NCBI GenBank assembly: GCA_014192425.1
Contig: BJHK01000020.1
Span: 1,068-65,067 of the forward strand
Length of the DNA: 64,000 nucleotides
From: Planctomycetia bacterium
Lineage (GTDB): Bacteria > Planctomycetota > Planctomycetia > Pirellulales > UBA1268
Direction: 5' to 3'
A model generated the notes under the pieces. That model did not search any database. It saw only the letters and a list, made by a program, of their open reading frames with translations, and was not told the DNA's origin. Numbering within the stretch: position 1 is the stretch's first letter; every line of letters starts with the position of its first letter. The position numbers and the translations under genes were made by a program. Shown in pieces: positions 37,688-46,688 of this stretch.

Positions 37688-38281
37688 AGGCTCCGGGCGC
37701 GAAGCCGCTCCTCCACCCGGCCCGCGACGCCGAGCGCCGCCCGCCCGACCGATCACTCAAGTCCCTCTGGCCGCGGTCACCGAGCGGGGCGGTGACCGTC
37801 TCGCCCGCCGAGTGGCACACGCCGCCGGCACGTTCGAGCATCTCCTGGTGGGTCGCGTCCCGTCGAGCGTGACGGTGGTGGCGGACGGGGAGTGGATGGT
37901 GCTCAGCATCCACGAAGCCTTCTCGCCGGGCGCGCGGCAGGTGGCGAGCAATGGCACGAGCGGGTTTCGCGAAGGTGGACGCCTACCACCGGCAGTTGTT
38001 CAGCCACGGTCTCGAAGCCCTGTGCGGTCACGCCCGGACGTGCACGGGCGTGTGGTTTCGGGGCGGCGCCGTGCACGTCGATCAGGCGACCGGAAGCGTC
38101 CTCAAGACACTCACCACGAGGCCCGCAGTCGACGTGTTCCTGCTGGGCGAGGGCGTGCCGACACTGGGCATACCGATCGACACGCATCTGCATGCCAACT
38201 GCGTGAGTGGAGCGGGGGACAGGGCCGTCCTTCGCCATCGTACGGAACCGGAGGGACCCGCAACCAAGAAGCAGGTGGCCA

Positions 38282-38527
38282 ATGCTGGTGTGTACGCGGA
38301 AGAGTCGTGAAAGTGTGGTGATCGGTCGCCGTGAGGATCTCGAGCCGACGGTCGTGGTCACGATCCTGGAGATCACGGCCGGCAGGGTGAGGCTGGGATT
38401 TCAATCGGACATGGGCACGCCAATCCACCGTCACGAGGTGTGGGAACGCATCCGGAACGGTGATGGACACGACGGAAGCGGACGCGACAGGCCGCTGCTC
38501 AGGAACGGGCTGCCGGTTCCAACCTGA
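38282..38527 (+). CDS. csrA: Carbon storage regulator CsrA-family RNA-binding protein (with short insert and extended C-tail)
   Basis: MLVCTRKSRESVVIG...VVVTILEITAGRVRLGFQSDMGTPIHRHEVWERIR aligns with the CsrA consensus MLxLTRkxgExxxIG..vxvtVLxxxGxxVRlGxxAPxxxxxxRxEv. 81 aa. Confidence 0.8.
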   Translation: MLVCTRKSRESVVIGRREDLEPTVVVTILEITAGRVRLGFQSDMGTPIHRHEVWERIRNGDGHDGSGRDRPLLRNGLPVPT

Positions 38528-38787
38528 ACCTCCGCCCGGAGTCGTGAACGTCCAGGCACGGGTCGCCGGTCAGCGTGTGGGGAGCGCTGTGAACGCCGGT
38601 CAAAACGTGCAGCGCGGGGCGACGTCAAGAGTCGATTCATCCCGGCAGTCTCCTCCCGGGAGCATCCGATCGTTGCCGCGGCACGGTTGCATCGGCGGCC
38701 ACAGGCCGGCGTCCCTTCATTCGCCATGGCCGGAAGTCCAACTATCATTCGCCGGAGGTTCGGTCCTTCTCCCCAGAGCCCTCCGCC

Positions 38788-41484
38788 ATGGCCAACGCCG
38801 ACCCGGAAACGCTCCGCATCCGCGACATCCACGACGACGCCTTCGGCTGGCGGCGCTGGGGCCCCTACCTCTCCGACCGTTCCTGGGGGACCGTCCGCGA
38901 AGACTATTCCGCAACCGGCGACGCCTGGGGGTTCCTCCCCTACGACCTCTCCCGTTCCAAGGCCTACCGCTGGGGCGAGGACGGCATCGGCGGCATCTGC
39001 GACCGCTTCCAGCGGCTCTGCTTCGCGCCGGCGTTCTGGAACGGCCGCGACGACCACCTCAAGGAGCGGCTCTTTGGCCTGACGCCCTACGAGGGGAACC
39101 ATGGCGAGGACGTGAAGGAGTGCTACTACCACGTCGACAACACGCCGACGCACTCGTTCATGTCGCTGCTCTACCGGTATCCCCAGCGGGCCTTTCCCTA
39201 CGCCGAACTCGTCGCGGAGAACCGCCGCCGCGAGCGCCGCGGGCCCGAGTACGAGCTCACCGACACCGGCATCTTCGACGACGGGCGGTTCTTCGACATC
39301 CTCGTCGAGTACGCCAAGCGATCGCCCGAGGAGATCGCGATCCGGATCACGGCCACCAACCGCGGCGGCGAACCGGCGGAGCTGCACATCGTGCCGACGC
39401 TCTGGTTCCGGAACACCTGGGCGTGGGACGGCCGCGGAGCCGTGCCGCCGTCGATCCGTCGCGGCGCCGTCGGCGACATCGCGTGCCTCGTCGCCGACGA
39501 CACGGGCTTCGAGATCGACCCGCGGATCCCCGCGTCGGCCCGCCTCGGGCCACGCTGGCTCGTCGCCGCGACGCCCCCGCGGCCGGACGTGCTCTTCACC
39601 GACAACGAGACGAACGGCCCGGTCGTCTTCGGCCCCGGACACTCGAGCCGCTCCCGCTTCACGAAGGACGCATTCCATCGGCGGATCTGCGCGGGCGTCG
39701 AGACGGCCTGCAACCCCGCGGGCATCGGCACGAAGGCTGCCTTTCACCACCGGTTCGTCGTGCCGCCGGGCGGCTCGGCCGCCGTGCGGCTGCTGCTTTC
39801 CGACCGGCCGCCGCAGGGCCAGGCACGCGATCTCGAGGCGACGATCGACGACCTGATCGAGCGGCGGCGGCGGGAGAGCGACCTGTTCCACGAGGGTGTC
39901 GCGCCGCGCGGCGCGACCGACGACGAGAAGCACGTGCAGCGGCGGGCGATCGCGGGCCTGCTCTGGTCGAAGCAGAACTACATCTTCGACGTCGCAAAGT
40001 GGCTCGACGGCGACGATCCGGCCTCGCCGCCGCCGGCGAGTCGTCACACGATCCGCAACGCCCACTGGCGGCACCTCGACTCCCTGCGGGTCATGAGCAT
40101 GCCCGACAAGTGGGAGTATCCCTGGTTCGCCGCCTGGGACCTCGCCTTCCAGGCCGTCCCCTTCGCGCTCGTCGATCCCCAGTTCGCGAAGGACCAGCTC
40201 TGGATGCTGCTCTTCGAGCAGTTCCAGCATCCGAGCGGCCAGTTGCCCGCCTACGAGTGGGAATTCGGCGACCTCAACCCTCCGGTCCATGCCTGGGCCG
40301 TATGGCGGGTCTACAACATGGAGAAGCGGCGGCACGGCGTCGACGACCGCGCCTGGCTCGAACGCTGCTTCCACAAACTGCTGCTCGTGTTCACGAGCTG
40401 GGTCAACAAGGTCGACCACGAGGGCAACAACGTCTTCGAGGGGGGCTTCCTCGGGCTCGACAACATCAGCGTGTTCGACCGGAGCGAGCGGCTCGCCGAC
40501 GGCACGGTGCTCGAGCAGTCCGACGCGACCGGCTGGATGGGGATGTTCTCCCTGATCATGATGCGGATGTCGCTCGAGCTCGCCCGCGGCAATCCCGTCT
40601 ACGAGGGGCTGGCCTCGAAGTTCCTCCAGCACTACGCCTACATCGCGCACGCGATGAAGAACATGGGCTGCCGCGGCTACTCGCTCTTCGACGACGAGGA
40701 CGGCTTCTTCCACGACGTGCTCCGCTACCCCGACGGCAGCTTCCGGCGGTTCCAGGTGCGGTCGCTCGTCGGCCTGATTCCCCTCTTCGCCGTCGAGCGG
40801 CTCGAGGCGGCGTGGATCGAGCCCTTCAAGGAGTTCTCGGCGAACCTGCGGTGGTTCCTCGAGAACCGCAGCGACCTCGCCTCCGGCGTCATCCACGAGA
40901 TCCCGGCGGCCGACGGCTCGATGACGCACCTCCTGACGATCATGGACATCTCGCAGCTCCGCCGGATGCTCTCACGGATGCACGACCCTGCCGAGTTCCT
41001 CTCGGAGCACGGCATCCGCTCGATGTCGAAGTTCCACGAGCGGGAGCCGTTCGTGTTCGACGGCCAGGTCGTCGGCTACGAGCCCGCCGAGTCACAGACG
41101 AAGCTCAAGGGGGGCAACTCCAACTGGCGGGGCCCCATCTGGTTTCCGACGACCTTTCTCGTCGTCGAGTCGCTGCGGAAGCTCGGCACCGCCTTCGGCG
41201 ACGGCTTCACGATCGAGACGCCGGGATCGGCCGGGCGGCCGATCACGCTCGCGGCGCTGGCCCGCGACATCGCCCGCCGGCTCGTCGGCATCTTCCTCCT
41301 CGACGGCTCCGGCCGGCGGCCCGTGTTCGGCGCCGACCCGCGGTTCACCGATCCCACCTGGCGGGACGAGCTGCTGTTTTTCGAGTATTTCCACGGCGAC
41401 ACCGGCGCCGGGCTCGGGGCGAGCCACCAGACCGGCTGGACGGCGCTCGTCGCCAATCTCATCGACGAGTGGCAGGCGACCTGA
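38788..41484 (+). CDS. GH63-family (MGH1-like) glycoside hydrolase
   Basis: N-terminal WRRWGPYLSDRSWGTVREDYSATGDAWGFLPYDLSRSKAYRWGEDGIGG is typical of the long GH63 glucosidase / mannosyl- or glucosylglycerate hydrolase group. C-terminal YFHGDTGAGLGASHQTGWT. 898 aa. Confidence 0.85.
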   Translation: MANADPETLRIRDIHDDAFGWRRWGPYLSDRSWGTVREDYSATGDAWGFLPYDLSRSKAYRWGEDGIGGICDRFQRLCFAPAFWNGRDDHLKERLFGLTPYEGNHGEDVKECYYHVDNTPTHSFMSLLYRYPQRAFPYAELVAENRRRERRGPEYELTDTGIFDDGRFFDILVEYAKRSPEEIAIRITATNRGGEPAELHIVPTLWFRNTWAWDGRGAVPPSIRRGAVGDIACLVADDTGFEIDPRIPASARLGPRWLVAATPPRPDVLFTDNETNGPVVFGPGHSSRSRFTKDAFHRRICAGVETACNPAGIGTKAAFHHRFVVPPGGSAAVRLLLSDRPPQGQARDLEATIDDLIERRRRESDLFHEGVAPRGATDDEKHVQRRAIAGLLWSKQNYIFDVAKWLDGDDPASPPPASRHTIRNAHWRHLDSLRVMSMPDKWEYPWFAAWDLAFQAVPFALVDPQFAKDQLWMLLFEQFQHPSGQLPAYEWEFGDLNPPVHAWAVWRVYNMEKRRHGVDDRAWLERCFHKLLLVFTSWVNKVDHEGNNVFEGGFLGLDNISVFDRSERLADGTVLEQSDATGWMGMFSLIMMRMSLELARGNPVYEGLASKFLQHYAYIAHAMKNMGCRGYSLFDDEDGFFHDVLRYPDGSFRRFQVRSLVGLIPLFAVERLEAAWIEPFKEFSANLRWFLENRSDLASGVIHEIPAADGSMTHLLTIMDISQLRRMLSRMHDPAEFLSEHGIRSMSKFHEREPFVFDGQVVGYEPAESQTKLKGGNSNWRGPIWFPTTFLVVESLRKLGTAFGDGFTIETPGSAGRPITLAALARDIARRLVGIFLLDGSGRRPVFGADPRFTDPTWRDELLFFEYFHGDTGAGLGASHQTGWTALVANLIDEWQAT

Positions 41485-41589
41485 GCGCGGGCAACTTGCG
41501 AGTCGTGGGCTGGCGTTTGAAGCCCGAGACGTCCGCGACAACAACGGTCCGGCGGTTACGAACCGCGTTGGTGTATCCGCGGCCACGCC

Positions 41590-41787
41590 CGTGAGCGCCA
41601 CGCGTGAATCGCTTTTTCGTCTCGCTCGCGGGCCTGCCGCTGCGGCTCGTGCTGCGTCGAGTTCAGCCGCCGCGGGGCTCACGCCCAACTCGGTGGCAAT
41701 CTGGGTCTGGTGTCTCGCAGCGCTCAACAACTGCATGGCCCTCAGCCGGCCTGTTTCCCGGAACCCGTGTGGTGTGCTGAGTGACAT
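41590..41787 (-). pseudogene. Possible helix-turn-helix (transposase/regulator N-terminus) fragment
   Basis: GRLRAMQLLSAARHQTQIATELGVSPAAA resembles an insertion-sequence or regulator HTH. The rest of the frame is low-complexity and runs into the GH63 3' end. Confidence 0.3.
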
Positions 41788-41850
41788 GCATGGGATGTCG
41801 GACGCCCGGTTGGAGAACGTTCAGACACCGTTCAGACACTTTGTCAAAGC

Positions 41851-42594
41851 TCACGCCTGGCGTGAGCGATCCTCGGGGCCCGCGCGGCACGTCGCGTAGT
41901 GGAAGTAGGCCGCCTCGTCCGGCCGGCGGCTGCTCGACTCCTTCTCGGTGGTCATGCTGATCTGGGAAAACCCGGCCGCTTCGAGCTGCTGCACGAGCTC
42001 AGCCGCCGTGAAGTGGTGGGTCATGTACAGCACCTCGCCCTGCTCATTCCGCGAGAGGTAGCTGTGCCGTTCGCCGGTCAGGTGGCTGTCGTCGGCATAC
42101 AGCCGGGCGTAGCCGGCGTTGATCGTGTCCGACACGCCCGAGGCCGACAGGTAGAGCCAGCCACCGGGCCGGAGGTTCTCACGCACGTGACGCAAAAGGT
42201 TCGTCCGCTGGCGGGCGGCGCCGATGATCGAGAGCACCAACTGGCAGACGACGACGTCGAACGGCCCCCCTGCGATCCGGGGCCCCTGCTCCGCCGCGAA
42301 GTCACCCTCGACGAACCGCAGGGAGCGGCCCGGGGCAGCGGCGGGAACGGCCAGCTCGTGGGCCGCGCGAACGGCATCCGGGTTGACGTCCACGCCCAGC
42401 ACGGAGAATCCCTGGTCGTACAGCCGCCTGCCGAGCCGCCCGGTTCCACACCCGACATCGAGCAGCGCCAGCGGCGGGCCCGACGAGGCGATCTCTCGCA
42501 CCGTGGCCAGGAACCTGTCGAGCTGCGGCGTCGAGGCCTTGCTCGGAATCTTCAGGGCGTCGAACCGCCGCCAATCTTCGCAGGCATCACGCAT
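41851..42594 (-). CDS. Class I SAM-dependent methyltransferase
   Basis: LLDVGCGTGRLGRRLYDQGFSVLGVDVNPDAV (motif I / post-I), FDVVVCQLVL, GGWLYLS. Confidence 0.85.
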   Translation of the reverse strand: MRDACEDWRRFDALKIPSKASTPQLDRFLATVREIASSGPPLALLDVGCGTGRLGRRLYDQGFSVLGVDVNPDAVRAAHELAVPAAAPGRSLRFVEGDFAAEQGPRIAGGPFDVVVCQLVLSIIGAARQRTNLLRHVRENLRPGGWLYLSASGVSDTINAGYARLYADDSHLTGERHSYLSRNEQGEVLYMTHHFTAAELVQQLEAAGFSQISMTTEKESSSRRPDEAAYFHYATCRAGPEDRSRQA

Positions 42595-42666
42595 GCCATC
42601 TGTTCTCCGTGACTGTCGCCGGGCGCCGGTGGAGTCGACATGCGCGGGCTTCGCCCCCCGTCCATC

Positions 42667-43069
42667 TCAACTCCGGCCGGCGATCTCTGCGGCCCGACCG
42701 TCGGCCGCAAGAATGGCGGCCGCGACGTCGGCTGCCGTGACCGGCCGCGGCCGCCGCTGCTCGGGAGGCGTCGAGGCACTTGCCCTCTCCCGCCCCGACG
42801 ATCGCACGCGGGCCGAGGGCCCTTGCCTCCGCGGCGACGGTGTCGATCTCGGCCGCCGTGCATTCGCCCCCGAAGGCGCGAACATGGTGCTGCCAGCCGG
42901 CGGCGGACATCGCCGCCGCCCAGACCGGCGCGAGCGCCGCCACGGCTGACCGGCCGGCGACCACCAGCACGGGGCCGTGGATCCCGAGCACGGCCATCTC
43001 GAGGGCCAGCCTCCCGGTGACACCGTCACCCTGCACGTAGCGCAGTGGGGCGCAGAAAATCCGGTGCAT
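42667..43069 (-). pseudogene. gldA: Glycerol dehydrogenase (iron-containing ADH family) remnant with large internal deletion and frameshift
   Basis: N-terminal ~105 aa (RIFCAPLRYVQGDGV...FGGECTAAEID...IVGAGEGKCLDA) align with the GldA N-terminus. A different frame carries a C-terminal-like VTAADVAAAILAADGRAAEIAG. About 230 central residues are missing. Confidence 0.6.
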
Positions 43070-43261
43070 CGGCTTTCTCCCCAGGCTTCGGCAAGCAGTC
43101 GCGCTGGGCGGAGCGGAATACTGCCGCGGAAACGCAAGCCGGAGAAGCATAGGCCCTCGATGACGTGTTCACAATCGTCGGCGGGCCGCAATTCGTGCAC
43201 GCGATTCGCCCCAGGGTAGTAGAACCAGTGGCACACCGTCTCCGCATCGCGAGGGCCACGC

Positions 43262-43999
43262 ATGACGACGAACTATGACGGGATCGCCAAGGAGTATCAG
43301 GCATCGAAGCTCCAGCCCTGGCGGACGCATGTCGAGCAGCACACGCTCCTGCGACTGACCGGCGACGTGCGGGGCGCGAGGACGCTCGATCTCGCCTGCG
43401 GAGAAGGCTACTACACGCGGTTGCTCCGCCGGCTCGGAGCGGATCCTGTCGTGGGGGTCGACCTGTCGCCGGCGATGATCGACCTGGCACGCGCGCAGGA
43501 AGTGGCCGACCCGCTCGGCATCCGCTACGGCGTCGGCGATGCGCGAGCGGTCGCTGAACGCCCTCGGGCCGACCTCGTGTTCGCTGCGTATCTGCTGAAT
43601 TATGCCCAGGATTACGCCGAACTGCTGGCCATGTGCGAGGCGATCGCGCGGAACCTGGAGCCGGGCGGGCGGTTCGTCACCGTCAACAATCGTCCGGATG
43701 ACCCGCCGGCAAACTTCGAGTCCGGGCGGGCCTACGGATACTCGAAGCGACTGGAGGGCCCCTTGGAGGAAGGCGCGCCGATCGTCTGGCGGTTTCATCT
43801 GCCCGATGGGACCATCGAAGTGACCAACTTCTACCTGACGCTGGCGACGATGGAACGCGCCCTGACGACGGCCGGACTCCGGGACATCCGCTGGCATCGC
43901 CCTGAGGTATCGCCCGAGGGTCTGCAGCAGTGGGGAGAAGAGCACTGGCGCGGGTTTCTGGCGCAGCCCCCGATCGTGTTTCTGGAGTGCGTCAAATGA
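43262..43999 (+). CDS. Class I SAM-dependent methyltransferase
   Basis: TLDLACGEGYYTRLLRRLGADPVVGVDLSPAMIDLA (motif I / post-I), FAAYLLNY, GGRFVTV. Confidence 0.85.
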   Translation: MTTNYDGIAKEYQASKLQPWRTHVEQHTLLRLTGDVRGARTLDLACGEGYYTRLLRRLGADPVVGVDLSPAMIDLARAQEVADPLGIRYGVGDARAVAERPRADLVFAAYLLNYAQDYAELLAMCEAIARNLEPGGRFVTVNNRPDDPPANFESGRAYGYSKRLEGPLEEGAPIVWRFHLPDGTIEVTNFYLTLATMERALTTAGLRDIRWHRPEVSPEGLQQWGEEHWRGFLAQPPIVFLECVK

Positions 44000-44479
44000 G
44001 ACTGCGTGATCCATCATGATCCCCCGTTCGCAAACACCCGCCGGCACATCGGGGAGCGGCGGCGATCCGCGCCGCCGCGGGGAGGTGACGGAGTCTCACG
44101 AGCAGGGCAGCGCCGCCTGGTCTCTTTATGCGCGTTCACGCGGCGTCGGCGCGGCGATCGCGTAGAGCGTGTCGGCGATCAGCCTGACTGTGTCGTCAGA
44201 CGCCACGGAAGCGAACGTGGCTGTCGAATCACCACGGGCGCCGTGCCAAACCCCGTGTGCAGCGGATCTCTCGGGGAGACAGGTCCGCTGCCGTCGTTCC
44301 GCTCCCGGGCAGGATAGGCCCGCCAACAGCACTTCCGTACCCTTCTGCTCTCCAGGGCTTGGCCTTCCGGCCGCCGCGGCGATCGGAGTTCGAGCCGTAG
44401 ATGTTTCTCGAGTCGCCGAAACTCAGCCCACGGGCTATATCACAGTCCCCGGATTCCAACGACCTCCGCACGCCTGGCC

Positions 44480-45559
44480 ATGGCACACCTCATCCACCAC
44501 TGGACGACACTCGCCCCGTTCGCAGCCACGGCACTGCTGATCCTCACCATCACCATCGGCGAGCACCCCTGGCTGCTCATGGGCTGCGCTGCGATGCTCA
44601 TCGCTGCCGTGCTCGCCGCAGTGCATCATGCGGAGGTAATCGCCCACCGCGTCGGCGAGCCGCTCGGCACGCTCGTCCTCGCCCTCGCCGTGACCGTGAT
44701 CGAGGCGGCCCTGCTGCTCTCGCTGCTCATCGCCGGCGGCGCCGGCATGGAGACACTGCCCCGCGACACCGTCTATGCCACGGTGATGATCATCACGACG
44801 GGCGTCGTCGGCCTGTGCACGCTGATCGGCGGCCTGGCCCACCGCGAGCAGTCGTTTCGCGTCGATGGGGCGGGCGGGGGCCTAGCGGCCCTGATCGTGC
44901 TCGCGGTTGTCGCGCTCGTCCTCCCCGACTACACGATCACGACCAGCGTCGGCACCTACAGCCGCGCCCAGGCGCTCTTCGCAGCCGTCGTCTCGGCGGC
45001 GCTGTGGGGCATCTTCGTGTTCGTCCAGACCGTGCGGCACCGCGACTATTTTTTGCCGCATGACGACCACGCCCTGCCCGACGAGCATGCCCTGCCTCCC
45101 TCACGCCGGCAGGCGACGCTGAGCTTCGTGCTCCTGATCGTCGCCCTCGTCGCGGTCGTAGGCCTCGCGAAGGTGCTCTCGCACCCGCTCGAGGAGTTCG
45201 TCGAGGTATTTCACCTGCCGCGCGGCGTGGTAGGGATCGTGGTGGCGTTGGTGGTGCTCCTGCCCGAGACCTGGGCCGCGATTCGGGCAGCGCATGCCAA
45301 CCGGCTCCAGAGCAGCATGAACCTCGCGATCGGCTCCGCGCTTGCGACAATCGGCCTCACGGTGCCAGTCGTCGTTGTCTTCGCCACCGCCTACGGCCTG
45401 CCGCTCGTGCTCGGACTCGAACCGAAGGACATCGTGCTGCTCGCAACGGCACTGCTCGTGAGCGTCGTCACCCTCGGCACGGGGCGGACCTCGATGATGC
45501 AAGGCGCGGTGCACCTCGTGCTCTTCGCAACCTACCTGTTTCTCGCCTGCGTGCCCTGA
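44480..45559 (+). CDS. chaA: Calcium/proton antiporter (CaCA family, ChaA-like)
   Basis: About 11 hydrophobic segments. Alpha-repeat-like GEPLGTLVLALAVTVIEAAL and LLPETWAAIRAA..N.LQSSMNLAIGSALATIGLTVP. 359 aa. Confidence 0.75.
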   Translation: MAHLIHHWTTLAPFAATALLILTITIGEHPWLLMGCAAMLIAAVLAAVHHAEVIAHRVGEPLGTLVLALAVTVIEAALLLSLLIAGGAGMETLPRDTVYATVMIITTGVVGLCTLIGGLAHREQSFRVDGAGGGLAALIVLAVVALVLPDYTITTSVGTYSRAQALFAAVVSAALWGIFVFVQTVRHRDYFLPHDDHALPDEHALPPSRRQATLSFVLLIVALVAVVGLAKVLSHPLEEFVEVFHLPRGVVGIVVALVVLLPETWAAIRAAHANRLQSSMNLAIGSALATIGLTVPVVVVFATAYGLPLVLGLEPKDIVLLATALLVSVVTLGTGRTSMMQGAVHLVLFATYLFLACVP

Positions 45560-45628
45560 GGCGGGTCGCATGTGGCGGTGTGTCCCCGTCGCGCTGCGAC
45601 GGCAGACGATGAATGGTTTATTCGTGCC

Positions 45629-46510
45629 TCACGAGCGGCGGGTCGCGGCCGACAGCCGGCCGAGTCCGTCGATCGCACAGATGGCAAGCGCCGTCCAGAC
45701 CAGGGCGAACCCGGTGAGCTTGCCGGCGTCGAACGGCTCGTCGTAGACGAAGAGTCCGAGCAGAAACTGGATCGATGGGCCGAGGTACTGCATCAGGCCG
45801 ATGGCGGAGAGCGGGATCCGCCGGGCCGCCGACGCAAAGCAGAGCAGCGGCACGGCCGTGATCACCCCCGACAGCGCGATCAGCGGCTCGTCCCAGCCGC
45901 CGCGGCTCCCGAACGCGCCGCGGCCCGCGGTGTGCTCCAGGGCGAGAAACACCGCGGCCGGTATGAGCAGCAGCAGCGTCTCGACCGTCAGCGAGGAGAG
46001 GGCGTCGAGCGCGGTCCGCTTCTTGGCGAGGCCGTACAGGCAGAACGTGACGGCCAGATACAGGGCGATCCAGGGGAAGTGCCGGTACTGGCCCGCCAGC
46101 CAGGCCACGCCCGCGGCGGCGACGGCGATGGCGAGCCACTGCGCGGGCCGGAGCCGCTCGCCGAGCACGAACACCCCGAGGAGCACGCTGAGGAGGGGAT
46201 TGAGAAAATAGCCGAGGCTGCTTTCGATCATCCGGTCGTGGGTCACGGCCCAGACGAAGCCCAGCCAGTTGGCTGAGACGAGCGCTGCGGCCACGCCCTG
46301 CCGGACAAGCACGCCCGGCGTCGCCAGCGCCGCCCGGATTCGCCCCGCCGCGCCGGTCAGCCAGACGAGCGGCAGGAGAACGAGGATCGACCAGATCACC
46401 CGGTGGGCCACCAGCTGCGAGGCGGGCACGGAGGCGAGCTGCTTCCAATAGACCGGGAGCACGCCCCAGAGGATGAAGGCCGCCGCGGCGTGGAGGTAAC
46501 CGATGTTCAC
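45629..46510 (-). CDS. rarD: EamA/DMT-family transporter RarD
   Basis: GYLHAAAAFILWGVLPVYWKQL..VPA.QLVAHRVIWS is the RarD N-terminal signature. 10-TM pattern. GTG start. Confidence 0.8.
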   Translation of the reverse strand: MNIGYLHAAAAFILWGVLPVYWKQLASVPASQLVAHRVIWSILVLLPLVWLTGAAGRIRAALATPGVLVRQGVAAALVSANWLGFVWAVTHDRMIESSLGYFLNPLLSVLLGVFVLGERLRPAQWLAIAVAAAGVAWLAGQYRHFPWIALYLAVTFCLYGLAKKRTALDALSSLTVETLLLLIPAAVFLALEHTAGRGAFGSRGGWDEPLIALSGVITAVPLLCFASAARRIPLSAIGLMQYLGPSIQFLLGLFVYDEPFDAGKLTGFALVWTALAICAIDGLGRLSAATRRS

Positions 46511-46688
46511 GGGGGCCAGCGGGGAGACGGGCGGGAGAACCGGCTATCATCGCCGACCACAGCCGGCGGCTCAACGTCTCTTTGCGCTCACCCGACAAGC
46601 ACGACGGCGGGCCGGGCGACCCTGTTCGCCCGACCCGCCGCTTGTGCTCACGCGTCATTCCGCCGGCCAGCGGCCGGCGGAGCGGCGA

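Noticed and set aside
37812-38321. Overlapping 119-169-aa ORFs on both strands upstream of csrA
   Set aside because: No single frame is convincing. The best protein-like stretches switch frame near 37950, which suggests a decayed gene at most. No family was recognised.
38431-41594. 832-aa minus-strand and 1044-aa plus-strand out-of-frame ORFs overlapping the GH63 gene
   Set aside because: Only the 38788-41484 frame shows GH63-type conserved blocks. The others are Arg/Pro/Gly-rich low-complexity translations.
44259-44291. Mn2+ (yybP-ykoY) or other cation riboswitch upstream of chaA, suggested by a GGGGAGAC-containing hairpin
   Set aside because: There is only one 13-bp hairpin with a GGGGA loop. 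The four-way architecture and the second conserved half of the motif are not present.
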